Shown piece by piece: positions 9,098-17,642 of a stretch of 64,000 nucleotides of DNA; the stretch's first letter is position 1, and the number at the start of each line of letters is the position of its first letter. The position numbers were made by a program, and so were the translations under genes. The notes beneath the pieces are model-generated. The model made no database searches. It had not been told where the DNA came from and worked only from the letters and a program-made list of their open reading frames with translations. The stretch comes from an uncultured Rhodospirillaceae bacterium (GTDB lineage: Bacteria > Pseudomonadota > Alphaproteobacteria > Rhodospirillales > UBA2165): positions 66,296-130,295 of the forward strand of contig CAZXSC010000001.1 of NCBI GenBank assembly GCA_964643045.1. Direction: 5' to 3'.

Positions 9098-11005
9098 TTA
9101 ACACTTAAGAAGTTCCAGAATGGTGTCTTTGATATATCTCTGGGGATCGTTAATTTCACCTTTCCCATAGTAGTCCCTCTGCATTTTTTTTAGTTTATCT
9201 TTTGGCATATATCTGCTGTGTTCGATGAAGTTTTTTACTCGCTGTCGTAAAATTTTTTCATCAAATACCATGATAGGATAGGGGCTATAATCATGTAAAT
9301 AAGATGTAATAGGGTCGCCATTTGCCATGGCATCAAAAGCAAAAACAGGAATATCTTCAGCTAAACATTGGTCGCATAGTGAAGTTAACCGGGCTATAAC
9401 AAAATCTGACATGGCAGCTATCTGATATGATCTTTCGCTGATGTCGTAATTTGTGTCAATCTCTAGGTTTGGGATCAGCGAAATGGAATTCTTAATGTGC
9501 AAGAATGCCGGTATTTCAAGCCAATCGCAATTTTTTCCCCTGATTATAAAAACACAGCTCGTATTTTCTTTAGCGATTGCTATGATTGTATTATAAAAAT
9601 ATAGATTATCAACCCAGCCAATTCCTGGGCTACAGGCATTTGTAAACGGATCTGGTAACGAGTGAAAATCTAAAACGAGGCAAACCTTAGAATATTGGCC
9701 AAATCTATTTTTGCGTTCAATCTGAGCCACTCTTTTATGAGAAGGTATTCTTTGGTGCATTGGATCACCAGATATAATGATGTCTTGTAATACTGCATAG
9801 GCGCGATTTTCCATCGCTTTCTGTGTTATTTTCCCATGTACAAAAAATACATCGAGAATTGGTGCGAAGCATAACATAAAAGGCAGGAAAAACCGTTCTT
9901 GAACGGCAATTGTTTTGATGCCCATTGTCTGTAAGGCGATTGCGGCGGGTTTTGGAAACAGAAATGAATATCCAATCAGCGCAAGTTTTGAGCCTTTAAA
10001 TAATTCAAAGGATTTTACATATCTGTTTATTTGTAATGTGGTCAAAGCTAGGATGAATGCTCGATGTAAGGTATTTTTGTTTTTATTAAGAGTACGAATA
10101 TTTTTTATAAACAGCTGGATCAAATTCAAAACACTTATTGGATTTTTATCGATAAATGTTGGTTCAATATTGTTGCGACGGTAATCGTTAGAAATACTTA
10201 TGCGCTCGTTTGCGGTAATGTTTTCAGTTAACTCAATGTGGCATATTTGATTGCGGTGGAGCGGATTTTCTAGCTCGGTTGAATAGAAAATATCTTTTTG
10301 AAAAAGATTAGAGTAAGAAATACCTTTATGAGGGAAATAAAGAATATTTGCTTTTTTTTCTCGCCCACTTTCTCGGATCTCCGTGATTTGTTTTTTATTT
10401 GTGAGTTCACCGAGGTGAACCTTGTTCACAATATTTTGTGGTATTTTGATGTACTTACCTGAGTTTTTATATATGCGGTTAATTAATCCTATGAAATCTT
10501 GATTAACCCAAAAAGGGCATAAGTTTTTAATGTTTGTATACTGCGATAGTTTTAGTATAGAAAATACGGTTGTTCGAGGTTGATAAATGCGTGCGTTATA
10601 ACCTAGTTTTTTAAAATGATCAGCTGTGGCATAGGCTAGCGAGTAGGGACGAATGATATTATAAATAGTATCAAATAAAACCGACCTTGCTTTGTTTTTG
10701 GTTGAAGCTGGAACTATTGCTGAGAGAAAAGAAAAATCACTATTAACAAATTGTTTTTTTATTAGTATGTCGGCATATCTTGCGGGTAGGATTAGGTAGG
10801 CGGATACGTCGTAACTTTTCAAGGATCCATAATCTACCCAATCCACGCCTAATTTTTTTAATCTGTCCACCCAGCTTAAATCTCTGATCATACCTTTTGG
10901 TTCGATAAAAATAATATTATTGCCTATGAGTTTTAAGAAGCAGGCTACAGGAATGGTTGCAAGCGTCAGCCACCGGAAAACGACAATTTTTTTCTGTCTA
11001 CCCAA
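9098..11005 (-). CDS. Hypothetical 635-aa protein; the C-terminal half resembles a Rossmann/GT-B-type transferase domain
   Basis: Long uninterrupted ORF with a TTG start. I recognise no family motif. C-terminal pattern: LALIGYSFLFP...IKTIAVQER...VCLVLD...IIRGK...SDFVIARLTSL...IPVFAFD. Confidence 0.45.
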   Translation of the reverse strand: MGRQKKIVVFRWLTLATIPVACFLKLIGNNIIFIEPKGMIRDLSWVDRLKKLGVDWVDYGSLKSYDVSAYLILPARYADILIKKQFVNSDFSFLSAIVPASTKNKARSVLFDTIYNIIRPYSLAYATADHFKKLGYNARIYQPRTTVFSILKLSQYTNIKNLCPFWVNQDFIGLINRIYKNSGKYIKIPQNIVNKVHLGELTNKKQITEIRESGREKKANILYFPHKGISYSNLFQKDIFYSTELENPLHRNQICHIELTENITANERISISNDYRRNNIEPTFIDKNPISVLNLIQLFIKNIRTLNKNKNTLHRAFILALTTLQINRYVKSFELFKGSKLALIGYSFLFPKPAAIALQTMGIKTIAVQERFFLPFMLCFAPILDVFFVHGKITQKAMENRAYAVLQDIIISGDPMHQRIPSHKRVAQIERKNRFGQYSKVCLVLDFHSLPDPFTNACSPGIGWVDNLYFYNTIIAIAKENTSCVFIIRGKNCDWLEIPAFLHIKNSISLIPNLEIDTNYDISERSYQIAAMSDFVIARLTSLCDQCLAEDIPVFAFDAMANGDPITSYLHDYSPYPIMVFDEKILRQRVKNFIEHSRYMPKDKLKKMQRDYYGKGEINDPQRYIKDTILELLKC

Positions 11006-11150
11006 TATTAAATTTTCTTGTCATACGGTGATCTGATCTAATGATTTGTTTTGAATTTATATATCTAACTTTCAATATTTTTCTTAGCCAGGTTTTCTAA
11101 AACAACTGATAACGGATAGTTATTTTAAATATCTTTTGGATTTCAAATTC

Positions 11151-12773
11151 TTAGACAGGGGAGTTATTAACATTAGCTAATAGCTTCGCTTGAGATTTGA
11201 TTTCAGCCCGGCGGTTTTTTGCAATTTCTCGAAAAGAATGGAGGACGTCTTTATTTTTAAGATCACCTGCAATATTCTTAGTTTCATCAGGACTTTGTTG
11301 AAGGTCTATTAGAATTTCAGTTGCTGGGGGGCTAGCGTCATGCTCTGAGATTCGTTCTTTAATTATATATTTATAACGGTCATTTCGAAAACACTGATAG
11401 ATTGGGCCTTCTAAGGGGTCACATGGTCCGCGATGGGTATGCTCAGCAACTACAAAATCAGTTTTTTGCGTGTTGCTCAATAGTGACTTACCACAAAACC
11501 CGGGGTCGATTGGGAGATCTAAAGCTTCACAGATTGTGGGGGCTACGTCGATGCTACTGGCTAAAGTTTGGTGACGTTCTATTGGGACGCCCGGACCATT
11601 AAGCAGAAATGGTATATGCAGATATTTATCATGAAAACAACCAGTAACAGATGTGCTAGAAAGAGCATGCTGGCCCTTGAATCTGACCGCTCCGTGATCG
11701 CTGGTGATGGCGACAACTGTATCTTTCACAATATGGTTTGGTAGAGATTTAAGAAAATTATTTAAATTAGTATCTACATAATTAAGTGCCATGTCGTAAG
11801 TATACTGTTCACGATTACACGCGCCAAGACCCTGTCTTGATTGGTATGATTGTGTCGGCCGCATTACATATTGATGCTCTGAACAAATATTGTCATGTAT
11901 GTCCATCAGATGAACCACAGCAGCAAAATGTGCACCATTTAATGTATTAATCCATTTGAATATTATATCGAAAGCTGCTGCCGATGAAATTTGTTTATCA
12001 TAGGTTCGCATTCTAAGGTCGGTACCGGGAATTCGTTTGTGGTCCAAAGGCCTGAGGAGTTTATTTAAGTGGCGATATATTGGCTGAATTTTAAGAAAAC
12101 CCTCCAGACTATTGTTTGTAATACGATCAATATTTCTTTCTATGTATGCTTGGGGATCTGTGTTCAAGTGATCTCTATGTTCAAGTACAAGGTTGTGGAT
12201 AGTCTGAAAGTCATAACAAAAAATAGGGGTGTTGAGATTTCCAACAAACTCTGGAAGATTAATCCAGCGTTGTGTGTAATCTAAAATAAAGTCATAAAAC
12301 CAACTGACAACTTTTATTATTTCTCTTTGAACTGCCACATGTCCAATCTGTTCTTTTTTTCTTAGAATATGCCATAAGAAAGTTCGCCGCATACAGCGCC
12401 ATATCAACTCAATATCATAAAAACTTAGCGTAAAATCAGCGCCAGCATCAAAACCGTAGAGAGAATCAAGTATGTACGTTTTTGTTAGAAGACAGGTTGA
12501 ATATCCGTGGGTCTTTAAATAATTCAACAGGCTGGCTTTTCGCGTTGACATTCCTTGCATATATCCGCCCCTATCGAGCGGCAGTGAGGAGCTAAATATT
12601 GACGCCATGCTGAATTCTGTCGGGTTGCCATGGGAGTAAAAATTTTCACACCAAAGCCCTGAATTTGCGAGGTTTATTATAGTGGGGCAAATATCGGCTC
12701 GTGGGCCAGTCAGCGGAATACGGCTAGGTGTAGCGCTATCTGCTATGATAAGGATGAGATTTTTATTTTTCAT
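11151..12773 (-). CDS. Sulfatase-like alkaline-phosphatase-superfamily hydrolase/transferase, probably Thr-nucleophile type, soluble
   Basis: 540 aa. It has a metal-ligand strand LILIIADS and an ITSDHG motif. The nucleophile region HGNPTEFSMASIFSS aligns with G-x-x-T-x-(Y/F)-S-x-x-x-(M/I)-F-S of EptA/LtaS-type phosphotransferases, not with C/S-x-P-x-R. No N-terminal TM block. Confidence 0.7.
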   Translation of the reverse strand: MKNKNLILIIADSATPSRIPLTGPRADICPTIINLANSGLWCENFYSHGNPTEFSMASIFSSSLPLDRGGYMQGMSTRKASLLNYLKTHGYSTCLLTKTYILDSLYGFDAGADFTLSFYDIELIWRCMRRTFLWHILRKKEQIGHVAVQREIIKVVSWFYDFILDYTQRWINLPEFVGNLNTPIFCYDFQTIHNLVLEHRDHLNTDPQAYIERNIDRITNNSLEGFLKIQPIYRHLNKLLRPLDHKRIPGTDLRMRTYDKQISSAAAFDIIFKWINTLNGAHFAAVVHLMDIHDNICSEHQYVMRPTQSYQSRQGLGACNREQYTYDMALNYVDTNLNNFLKSLPNHIVKDTVVAITSDHGAVRFKGQHALSSTSVTGCFHDKYLHIPFLLNGPGVPIERHQTLASSIDVAPTICEALDLPIDPGFCGKSLLSNTQKTDFVVAEHTHRGPCDPLEGPIYQCFRNDRYKYIIKERISEHDASPPATEILIDLQQSPDETKNIAGDLKNKDVLHSFREIAKNRRAEIKSQAKLLANVNNSPV

Positions 12774-12802
12774 TGTAGTCTTTTAGGGTGTGTGAAAGAA
12801 CC

Positions 12803-13510
12803 TTATTCTATGTACGATTCCAAGGGCTGATCAGAGAGAGCAAAGCGTAATTTCATTTTGTCGTAACCGACAGAGGTTTTAAAAGTTCTAACTAGCATTT
12901 TATCGACCTCGTCAAGGTCAATCTTATCACTATTATTACTTAATATAACAAATTGCACCTCTGAATGATCAACGTCGGCCTCTTGGTGACAGATGAAAAG
13001 TTCGAGCTCTTCTTCAGTAAAGCCGCGTTTTCTATATTCGTCCTCAAAAAATCTAGAGACGGGAGCATACCATTCTTCAATTGCTGCTGTTACTGCCATT
13101 AAAGAAAATAAAGAGCTCTCTTCGCACACTGCCACCCATTCATTGTTAATGGATTCAAGGTCTTCATTGTAACGAATAGACGATTGGCGTGATACCGGCG
13201 TTCCTGCGAAAAGTTTGAATCGCATGTCGAGATGGTCTATATGTTCATCGGTTTCGCCTTCGTCATCAATTATCTCTTCCATTCTACTTACATCGTTGGT
13301 AGTGATTTGGTTCTTCGTTGAACCCGATTGAAGTTTCGATTTATACATATCCTGAATTTTTTGGCGAGTATTAAGTGCACGGTAGAGCTCAACGATCTCA
13401 GCACAAAGAATTTTTTGGCGGTCAAACTTGTTTTCTAAGAGAGCTGTGCAAAAAGGCATAGTTTCCAATGCGGGTTGTCTTTCCCGGATTAGGTCAAATA
13501 CATCAGTCAT
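12803..13510 (-). CDS. Hypothetical helical protein, possibly heme-oxygenase-like/TenA/PqqC-fold metalloenzyme
   Basis: Start reassigned to the ATG at 13510 (MTDVFDLIRERQ), 8 nt overlapping the upstream stop. It has a His/acid-rich helix ICHQEADVDHSEVQF and EEWYAPVSRFFEDEY. The family assignment is weak. Confidence 0.35.
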   Translation of the reverse strand: MTDVFDLIRERQPALETMPFCTALLENKFDRQKILCAEIVELYRALNTRQKIQDMYKSKLQSGSTKNQITTNDVSRMEEIIDDEGETDEHIDHLDMRFKLFAGTPVSRQSSIRYNEDLESINNEWVAVCEESSLFSLMAVTAAIEEWYAPVSRFFEDEYRKRGFTEEELELFICHQEADVDHSEVQFVILSNNSDKIDLDEVDKMLVRTFKTSVGYDKMKLRFALSDQPLESYIE

Positions 13511-14390
13511 TTTTTTTCCTTTTGGCCCGGTTTTTATTGTCACGTTCTTTATTAGCAAGACCCGAGATACGCCAGGCAGCAAAGCGCCACTTAAGTGTAT
13601 CCATCTGTTCCATATTTAGCTCAGCCATATTCTTGCGATCCACATCATACCAAGAGTAAAAAGGGTCATCTTCCAAAAATTCAGGAAATTGATCGCTAAT
13701 AAGTTCAATATTATCAAATCTCGAGGCCAATAATGTTGGGATCCTTGCAAAAAGCGGCTCGCCCCGGTTGTCGTTAATGGGTTTGATTGGTTCGAGCCCA
13801 ATTTTGCGGCGATTAATATTTATGATCGGCTCATAGACATGTTCATAATTTTGATTTGCATCATCTACGCAAACTAACGAATTTTCCTCGTATAAAGGCA
13901 ATAATGCTTCAATCTCTTGGCTGACTGTATTCCAAGTATGATCTGAATCATGGTGAGAAAAATGAATTTTTTTTGTCAGCTCACCTATAATAGCCAAGCC
14001 AATATAAGGGTCAGTAGAGTCTCCTGAGATAAAAGTCCAATGCTCACTAATTGATTTGTTATGGACTTTTTCCAGAGTATCAGCGCAGACTGAGCGAATA
14101 AATGAGGCTTTTGAAGCATTCGTATCCCACGAAAATACATGACCACCTGTCATCATCGCGTGGTGAATGAGAAGGAGTGTGCTTGCTCCTACACCAGTTT
14201 CAACCAAATTGGCAGAACGCTCAAACACTGGATTCTCTAAGTATTTTTTTAGCAATCTAAACTCTGAATCTGGCAATGAATTTGCCCATCTTGGTAGGCT
14301 ATGCTTAACCGCGATCAGGTATTGATCAAGGTCCGACATGATACTTTCCCGTGAACCATAATAAAAGTCATGCATCAGATTTTGTTGCAC
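13503..14390 (-). CDS. Class I methyltransferase-fold protein (TylF/CmcI-like)
   Basis: LVETGVGASTLLL resembles the ETGVxxGxS motif of TylF/MycF-type O-methyltransferases. The start is uncertain (GTG 14390 or ATG 14375). Confidence 0.5.
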   Translation of the reverse strand: MQQNLMHDFYYGSRESIMSDLDQYLIAVKHSLPRWANSLPDSEFRLLKKYLENPVFERSANLVETGVGASTLLLIHHAMMTGGHVFSWDTNASKASFIRSVCADTLEKVHNKSISEHWTFISGDSTDPYIGLAIIGELTKKIHFSHHDSDHTWNTVSQEIEALLPLYEENSLVCVDDANQNYEHVYEPIININRRKIGLEPIKPINDNRGEPLFARIPTLLASRFDNIELISDQFPEFLEDDPFYSWYDVDRKNMAELNMEQMDTLKWRFAAWRISGLANKERDNKNRAKRKKND

Positions 14391-14393
14391 GTA

Positions 14394-15131
14394 TTAAACG
14401 CGTTTACAAGGATCATTGTGAGCATAACGCAACGCCAAATTTTTTAATACCGGATGGATTATAAAATGGCTCGGTGAATCTGGTGGGAGTGTATTACTGA
14501 CTTCAGCGGGGAATATGCCGTTTGATCTAAAATGGTCAAGAATGTTAGCGAGTAAATCGGCGCGGAAAACAGGATCCAATATGTAGTCGATATCCATTTT
14601 GGGCATTGGTTGATACCAGGCGCGGGAAATTATATTACCTGTGTCTATTCCCTCATTTACCCAGAATGCAGTCATTCCGAGTTGCCCATCCTTTAGCAGA
14701 CCGTAGTAAAATCCAGTTGCGCCACGGTCCCTTGGTAAATAACCACCATGAATGTGTATAAATTTTGTTTTAAGTTTGAGGAGAACCGGTTTAAGTAAAA
14801 TTCGCGGAAACCCAGAGTAAACAAGTACTGGCATACTCAGTGCGGATATTTCAGAGACACCTTCTATTGAATTTATGTCCTTATTCTTCAAATACCCAAC
14901 GGGACAATCGACAGAACTAAGAGATTCAGTTATGGATTGTGCGGGTCTAAAGGTAAAATCTAATGTTTTGAGGTAAATAGATTGGCTTCCTGACCAACTT
15001 GGCTCTTCGCCGGGCATGACGTATATACTGCCTAGATTAATTTCACGTTTAATTAACATCTGCACATAAGCACGTGAACGAATGGTAGGTGCAAGAATCA
15101 ACCCAACATCGTTGAGTGTTTTGGCAATCAT
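14394..15131 (-). CDS. Formyltransferase-fold protein with a variant catalytic motif
   Basis: FIHIHGGYLPRDRGA compares with canonical NxHxSLLPxxRG, and the VNEGIDTGNII Asp motif is retained. Start placed at ATG 15131, which forms an ATGA overlap with the upstream stop. Confidence 0.55.
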   Translation of the reverse strand: MIAKTLNDVGLILAPTIRSRAYVQMLIKREINLGSIYVMPGEEPSWSGSQSIYLKTLDFTFRPAQSITESLSSVDCPVGYLKNKDINSIEGVSEISALSMPVLVYSGFPRILLKPVLLKLKTKFIHIHGGYLPRDRGATGFYYGLLKDGQLGMTAFWVNEGIDTGNIISRAWYQPMPKMDIDYILDPVFRADLLANILDHFRSNGIFPAEVSNTLPPDSPSHFIIHPVLKNLALRYAHNDPCKRV

Positions 15132-15703
15132 CGTGTTTTTATTTCCCACGTTGCTACTAGTTGTTTCTCAACCTTTATGAGTTGGGCGAGCTTTTCAGCT
15201 ACCGAAGGCGTGTAATAATTGGCTGGGATTGCACAAAGGGCATCTGTTAGTTTTAGAAGCGTTGAAAGATATTGTGGTTCCTCGAAAACTCGCGTAGCAA
15301 TCGATAAGGCCTGACCAAATAGGACTAGTTCGCTGATTGAGGCAACTGATGAGCCAATAGCTTTGTTTAGGGATGGTGTGTAAAATGAAAACAAGCGCCG
15401 AAAAATCTCAAACTTCGAAAGCAATGCATCTATAGTCTTGCGGCCGTCATCGAGTGTTGTGGAGTAATTTTCCATATTATTGATAGCGGTTGTCAAAAGT
15501 GATTCTAAAGATACACCCTCTGGTATTGATTTTTTTTCAGTTAATAGACAACCTTCGGTTTTTGCTTCGCGGACAATACGCGTTATAGCGTTATCGCGGC
15601 TTTCTTTCCAAGCATCTAAAAAAGACTGGCCTTCGCACTTTGCAAATTCGTACCTTTCCGGATTCTTGAAAGCATCAGGTCTTTCGTAAGGATATTTTTT
15701 CAA
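15128..15703 (-). CDS. Hypothetical protein (191 aa, predicted helical)
   Basis: The ORF is translationally coupled at both ends (TTGA at 15703-15700, ATGA at 15131-15128). No motif recognised. Confidence 0.5.
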   Translation of the reverse strand: MKKYPYERPDAFKNPERYEFAKCEGQSFLDAWKESRDNAITRIVREAKTEGCLLTEKKSIPEGVSLESLLTTAINNMENYSTTLDDGRKTIDALLSKFEIFRRLFSFYTPSLNKAIGSSVASISELVLFGQALSIATRVFEEPQYLSTLLKLTDALCAIPANYYTPSVAEKLAQLIKVEKQLVATWEIKTR

Positions 15704-16230
15704 GGCGAAGATTTTCGCGGCGTTGAGACGATCTGGGAATATATCAGTTCTGCGATCTCACCTGGATCGGCGAAGATCTCCGGTTTTTTAATTATGAGAT
15801 CAGGATTAACAGGCCGAGGGAACGGTATATCAATTCCTACAACATCTGAAATGATCCCGTTCCGAACTTTTTTATAAAGACCCTTAGAATCCCTTGATTT
15901 GATTATGTCGATGGGCGTGTCGAGAAAAACTTCAAAATACCGCTCGAAATTTTGTCGGTTCCACTCTTGTAAATCCGGAAAAATAGATAAAGCAGCGACA
16001 ATAATAATCAACTCTGATTCTTGGTCTAGCATCTTGCATAGATTGGAGAATCGCAGATGATTCTTTCTTCGGCCAGCTGCATTGAATTCTAGGTCCTCTT
16101 CCCAGAGTGAACGAAGCTTATCACCGTCTAGGAAAAGTACTTTATGTTGCTGATTACGGAAGATGCTAACCAATTCTCGGGAAACAGTAGTTTTACCTGC
16201 GCCGGATAATCCAATGATCCAAATTATCAT
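15700..16230 (-). CDS. Adenylylsulfate-kinase-fold P-loop kinase; candidate cytidine diphosphoramidate 3'-kinase (Cj1415-like)
   Basis: 176 aa with IIWIIGLSGAGKTT Walker A, as in CysC. It is the last gene of a four-gene set syntenic with cj1418c-cj1415c. Confidence 0.65.
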   Translation of the reverse strand: MIIWIIGLSGAGKTTVSRELVSIFRNQQHKVLFLDGDKLRSLWEEDLEFNAAGRRKNHLRFSNLCKMLDQESELIIIVAALSIFPDLQEWNRQNFERYFEVFLDTPIDIIKSRDSKGLYKKVRNGIISDVVGIDIPFPRPVNPDLIIKKPEIFADPGEIAELIYSQIVSTPRKSSP

Positions 16231-16242
16231 ATATTAATCAAT

Positions 16243-17013
16243 CTAGTCTAAGCGGCCATTTGTAGAAAGTTTTTGTGCAATCACGAGATCTTGCGGACTG
16301 TCAATTTCTACCCAACCCCCATCTATCTCAATTGCATTGGGTCTATAGCCATTCGTGATCATACCCTGTAGTAGGTCTGTCATGTATAGGTTTTTTAAAT
16401 CTCGCGAACAATTAAATGGGGTCAATCCTTTCTTATTGGCATCTTGAGCTATTGAATATACAGCCTTAAGTTGGTCGATAGCTTTACCTCGGAATATGGT
16501 CATACCAATATATTGGGATTGAATTTGCGATAGATTTCTTGAGTTCTGACCAATTTCTATAATTTCCCTTTTTTTATTTAAGAGAAGTGTTTCAGCATCA
16601 GATAAGGGATCTTCGAAGCGCAGTTTCCAATAGTTCAACCAATCATTATCTATAACAACACCAAAAGAAATTGAAGAATTTAATACTTTTTTAAAAACGC
16701 GCCGTGAATAAGCTATGTCTCCATAACTAACTATAAAATCGCAATCAAAATAACTTTTTGCACAAAATAGTGAATAAACCATATTTGTGGTTTTATAATT
16801 TTCATTCATCACTATTCTTGCTTGGTTGCTAGGTAAGTGATCGGCTCTATAACCACCAACAATAATGATATCATCAACGCCGAGTGATTTGGCAACTTCA
16901 ATTTGTCGATGGATAAGCGGTTGTCCGTTTAGTTCAACCATGCATTTTGGCATAGTCTTTGTTAAAGGTAATAGTCGGGTCCCTTGGCCTGCGGCAAGGA
17001 TTATTAAGCGCAT
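16243..17013 (-). CDS. Nucleotidyltransferase (LicC/GlmU-N-like); candidate CTP:L-glutamine-phosphate cytidylyltransferase (Cj1416-like)
   Basis: 256 aa with the MRLIILAAGQGTRLLPLTKTMPKCMV motif. Its position in the cassette supports the call. Confidence 0.65.
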   Translation of the reverse strand: MRLIILAAGQGTRLLPLTKTMPKCMVELNGQPLIHRQIEVAKSLGVDDIIIVGGYRADHLPSNQARIVMNENYKTTNMVYSLFCAKSYFDCDFIVSYGDIAYSRRVFKKVLNSSISFGVVIDNDWLNYWKLRFEDPLSDAETLLLNKKREIIEIGQNSRNLSQIQSQYIGMTIFRGKAIDQLKAVYSIAQDANKKGLTPFNCSRDLKNLYMTDLLQGMITNGYRPNAIEIDGGWVEIDSPQDLVIAQKLSTNGRLD

Positions 17014-17642
17014 TTTTTAATCCATTGGGAAAATAATTCGTGATCGATCTGTTCTGACGGGCTCTCACGCTCCGGATGCCACTGGACGGCGATAATGGGT
17101 AAGTTCGGGTGGACCAGGCCCTCTATAATTTGGTCATCGCTGATGGCAAAACTCTTTAGCGAAGATGCAAGTTGTCCAATTTTTACGCCTTGATTATGAT
17201 AGCTATTCACCGTTAATAACACATCACTATCAGCGCTGGAAAACTTTTCATCCATGGTGATTGTATGATTGATAGCGACATGATTTTCAGTCAATTGTCT
17301 GCTTAGTCCCCCACCGAAAAAGCGGTTGATAACTTGTAAGCCGCGGCAAACACCGAATACGGGCAGACCTATTTGTGTTGCCTTTGCTAACAATCTTTCT
17401 TCGGCCTGGTCTCGTTCGGACAGCTGCTTCCTTTCACCAAGGCTATTGCCGCCGGTAAGAAGTAATCCGGCCGGTGAGACGGCATCAAAGTAAATAGTAG
17501 GATCGGGTAGGTTGTTAGGTATAAAAATAGGCACGACATTATATTTTGATAGGAACTTAACCCAATCGTGTGCAATAGCGTCTCGACGTTCGATATAGGA
17601 AGTGTTTTCGGAGATACGCATCGAGACAAGGATATTAATCAC
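17004..17642 (-). CDS. Class I glutamine amidotransferase/peptidase C26 (PuuD-like); candidate CDP-L-glutamine hydrolase (Cj1417-like)
   Basis: 212 aa with the nucleophile elbow GVCRGLQVIN and VQWHPE His motif. A GTGA overlap links it to the upstream gene. Confidence 0.65.
   Translation of the reverse strand: MINILVSMRISENTSYIERRDAIAHDWVKFLSKYNVVPIFIPNNLPDPTIYFDAVSPAGLLLTGGNSLGERKQLSERDQAEERLLAKATQIGLPVFGVCRGLQVINRFFGGGLSRQLTENHVAINHTITMDEKFSSADSDVLLTVNSYHNQGVKIGQLASSLKSFAISDDQIIEGLVHPNLPIIAVQWHPERESPSEQIDHELFSQWIKKCA

Noticed and set aside
12715-12740. SATPSR near the N-terminus of the sulfatase-like protein as a formylglycine (C/S-x-P-x-R) motif
   Set aside because: It directly follows the first metal-ligand strand (IIADS) rather than lying about 40 residues later. 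It has an extra residue (S-A-T-P-S-R), so Ala occupies the nucleophile position. The correctly positioned segment is GNPTEFS, with Thr.
12803-13582. Longest-ORF N-terminal extensions (12803-13582, 25153-26133, 40150-41301, 51713-52519, 59381-61303)
   Set aside because: The extensions overlap the upstream gene by 77-125 nt or, for AsnB, bury the obligatory N-terminal Cys. Internal ATGs give canonical N-termini and short ATGA or 8-nt coupling overlaps, so the shorter forms were reported.
11151-16230. Reading the APS-kinase-like gene plus the sulfatase-like gene as a sulfation (PAPS) / desulfation module
   Set aside because: No ATP sulfurylase (cysDN/sat) or sulfotransferase is present. The kinase sits in a four-gene set that matches the Cj1418-1415 phosphoramidate pathway. 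The sulfatase-like protein lacks a correctly placed C/S-x-P-x-R motif. This interpretation remains a fallback if the phosphoramidate hypothesis fails.
17387-17629. Same-strand alternative-frame ORFs inside real genes (e.g. 533-715, 17387-17629, 27392-27586, 28286-28486, 31782-32060, 47222-47413)
   Set aside because: They are embedded out of frame in genes with strong motifs. They have no ribosome-binding context and no recognisable fold, so they are treated as chance ORFs.
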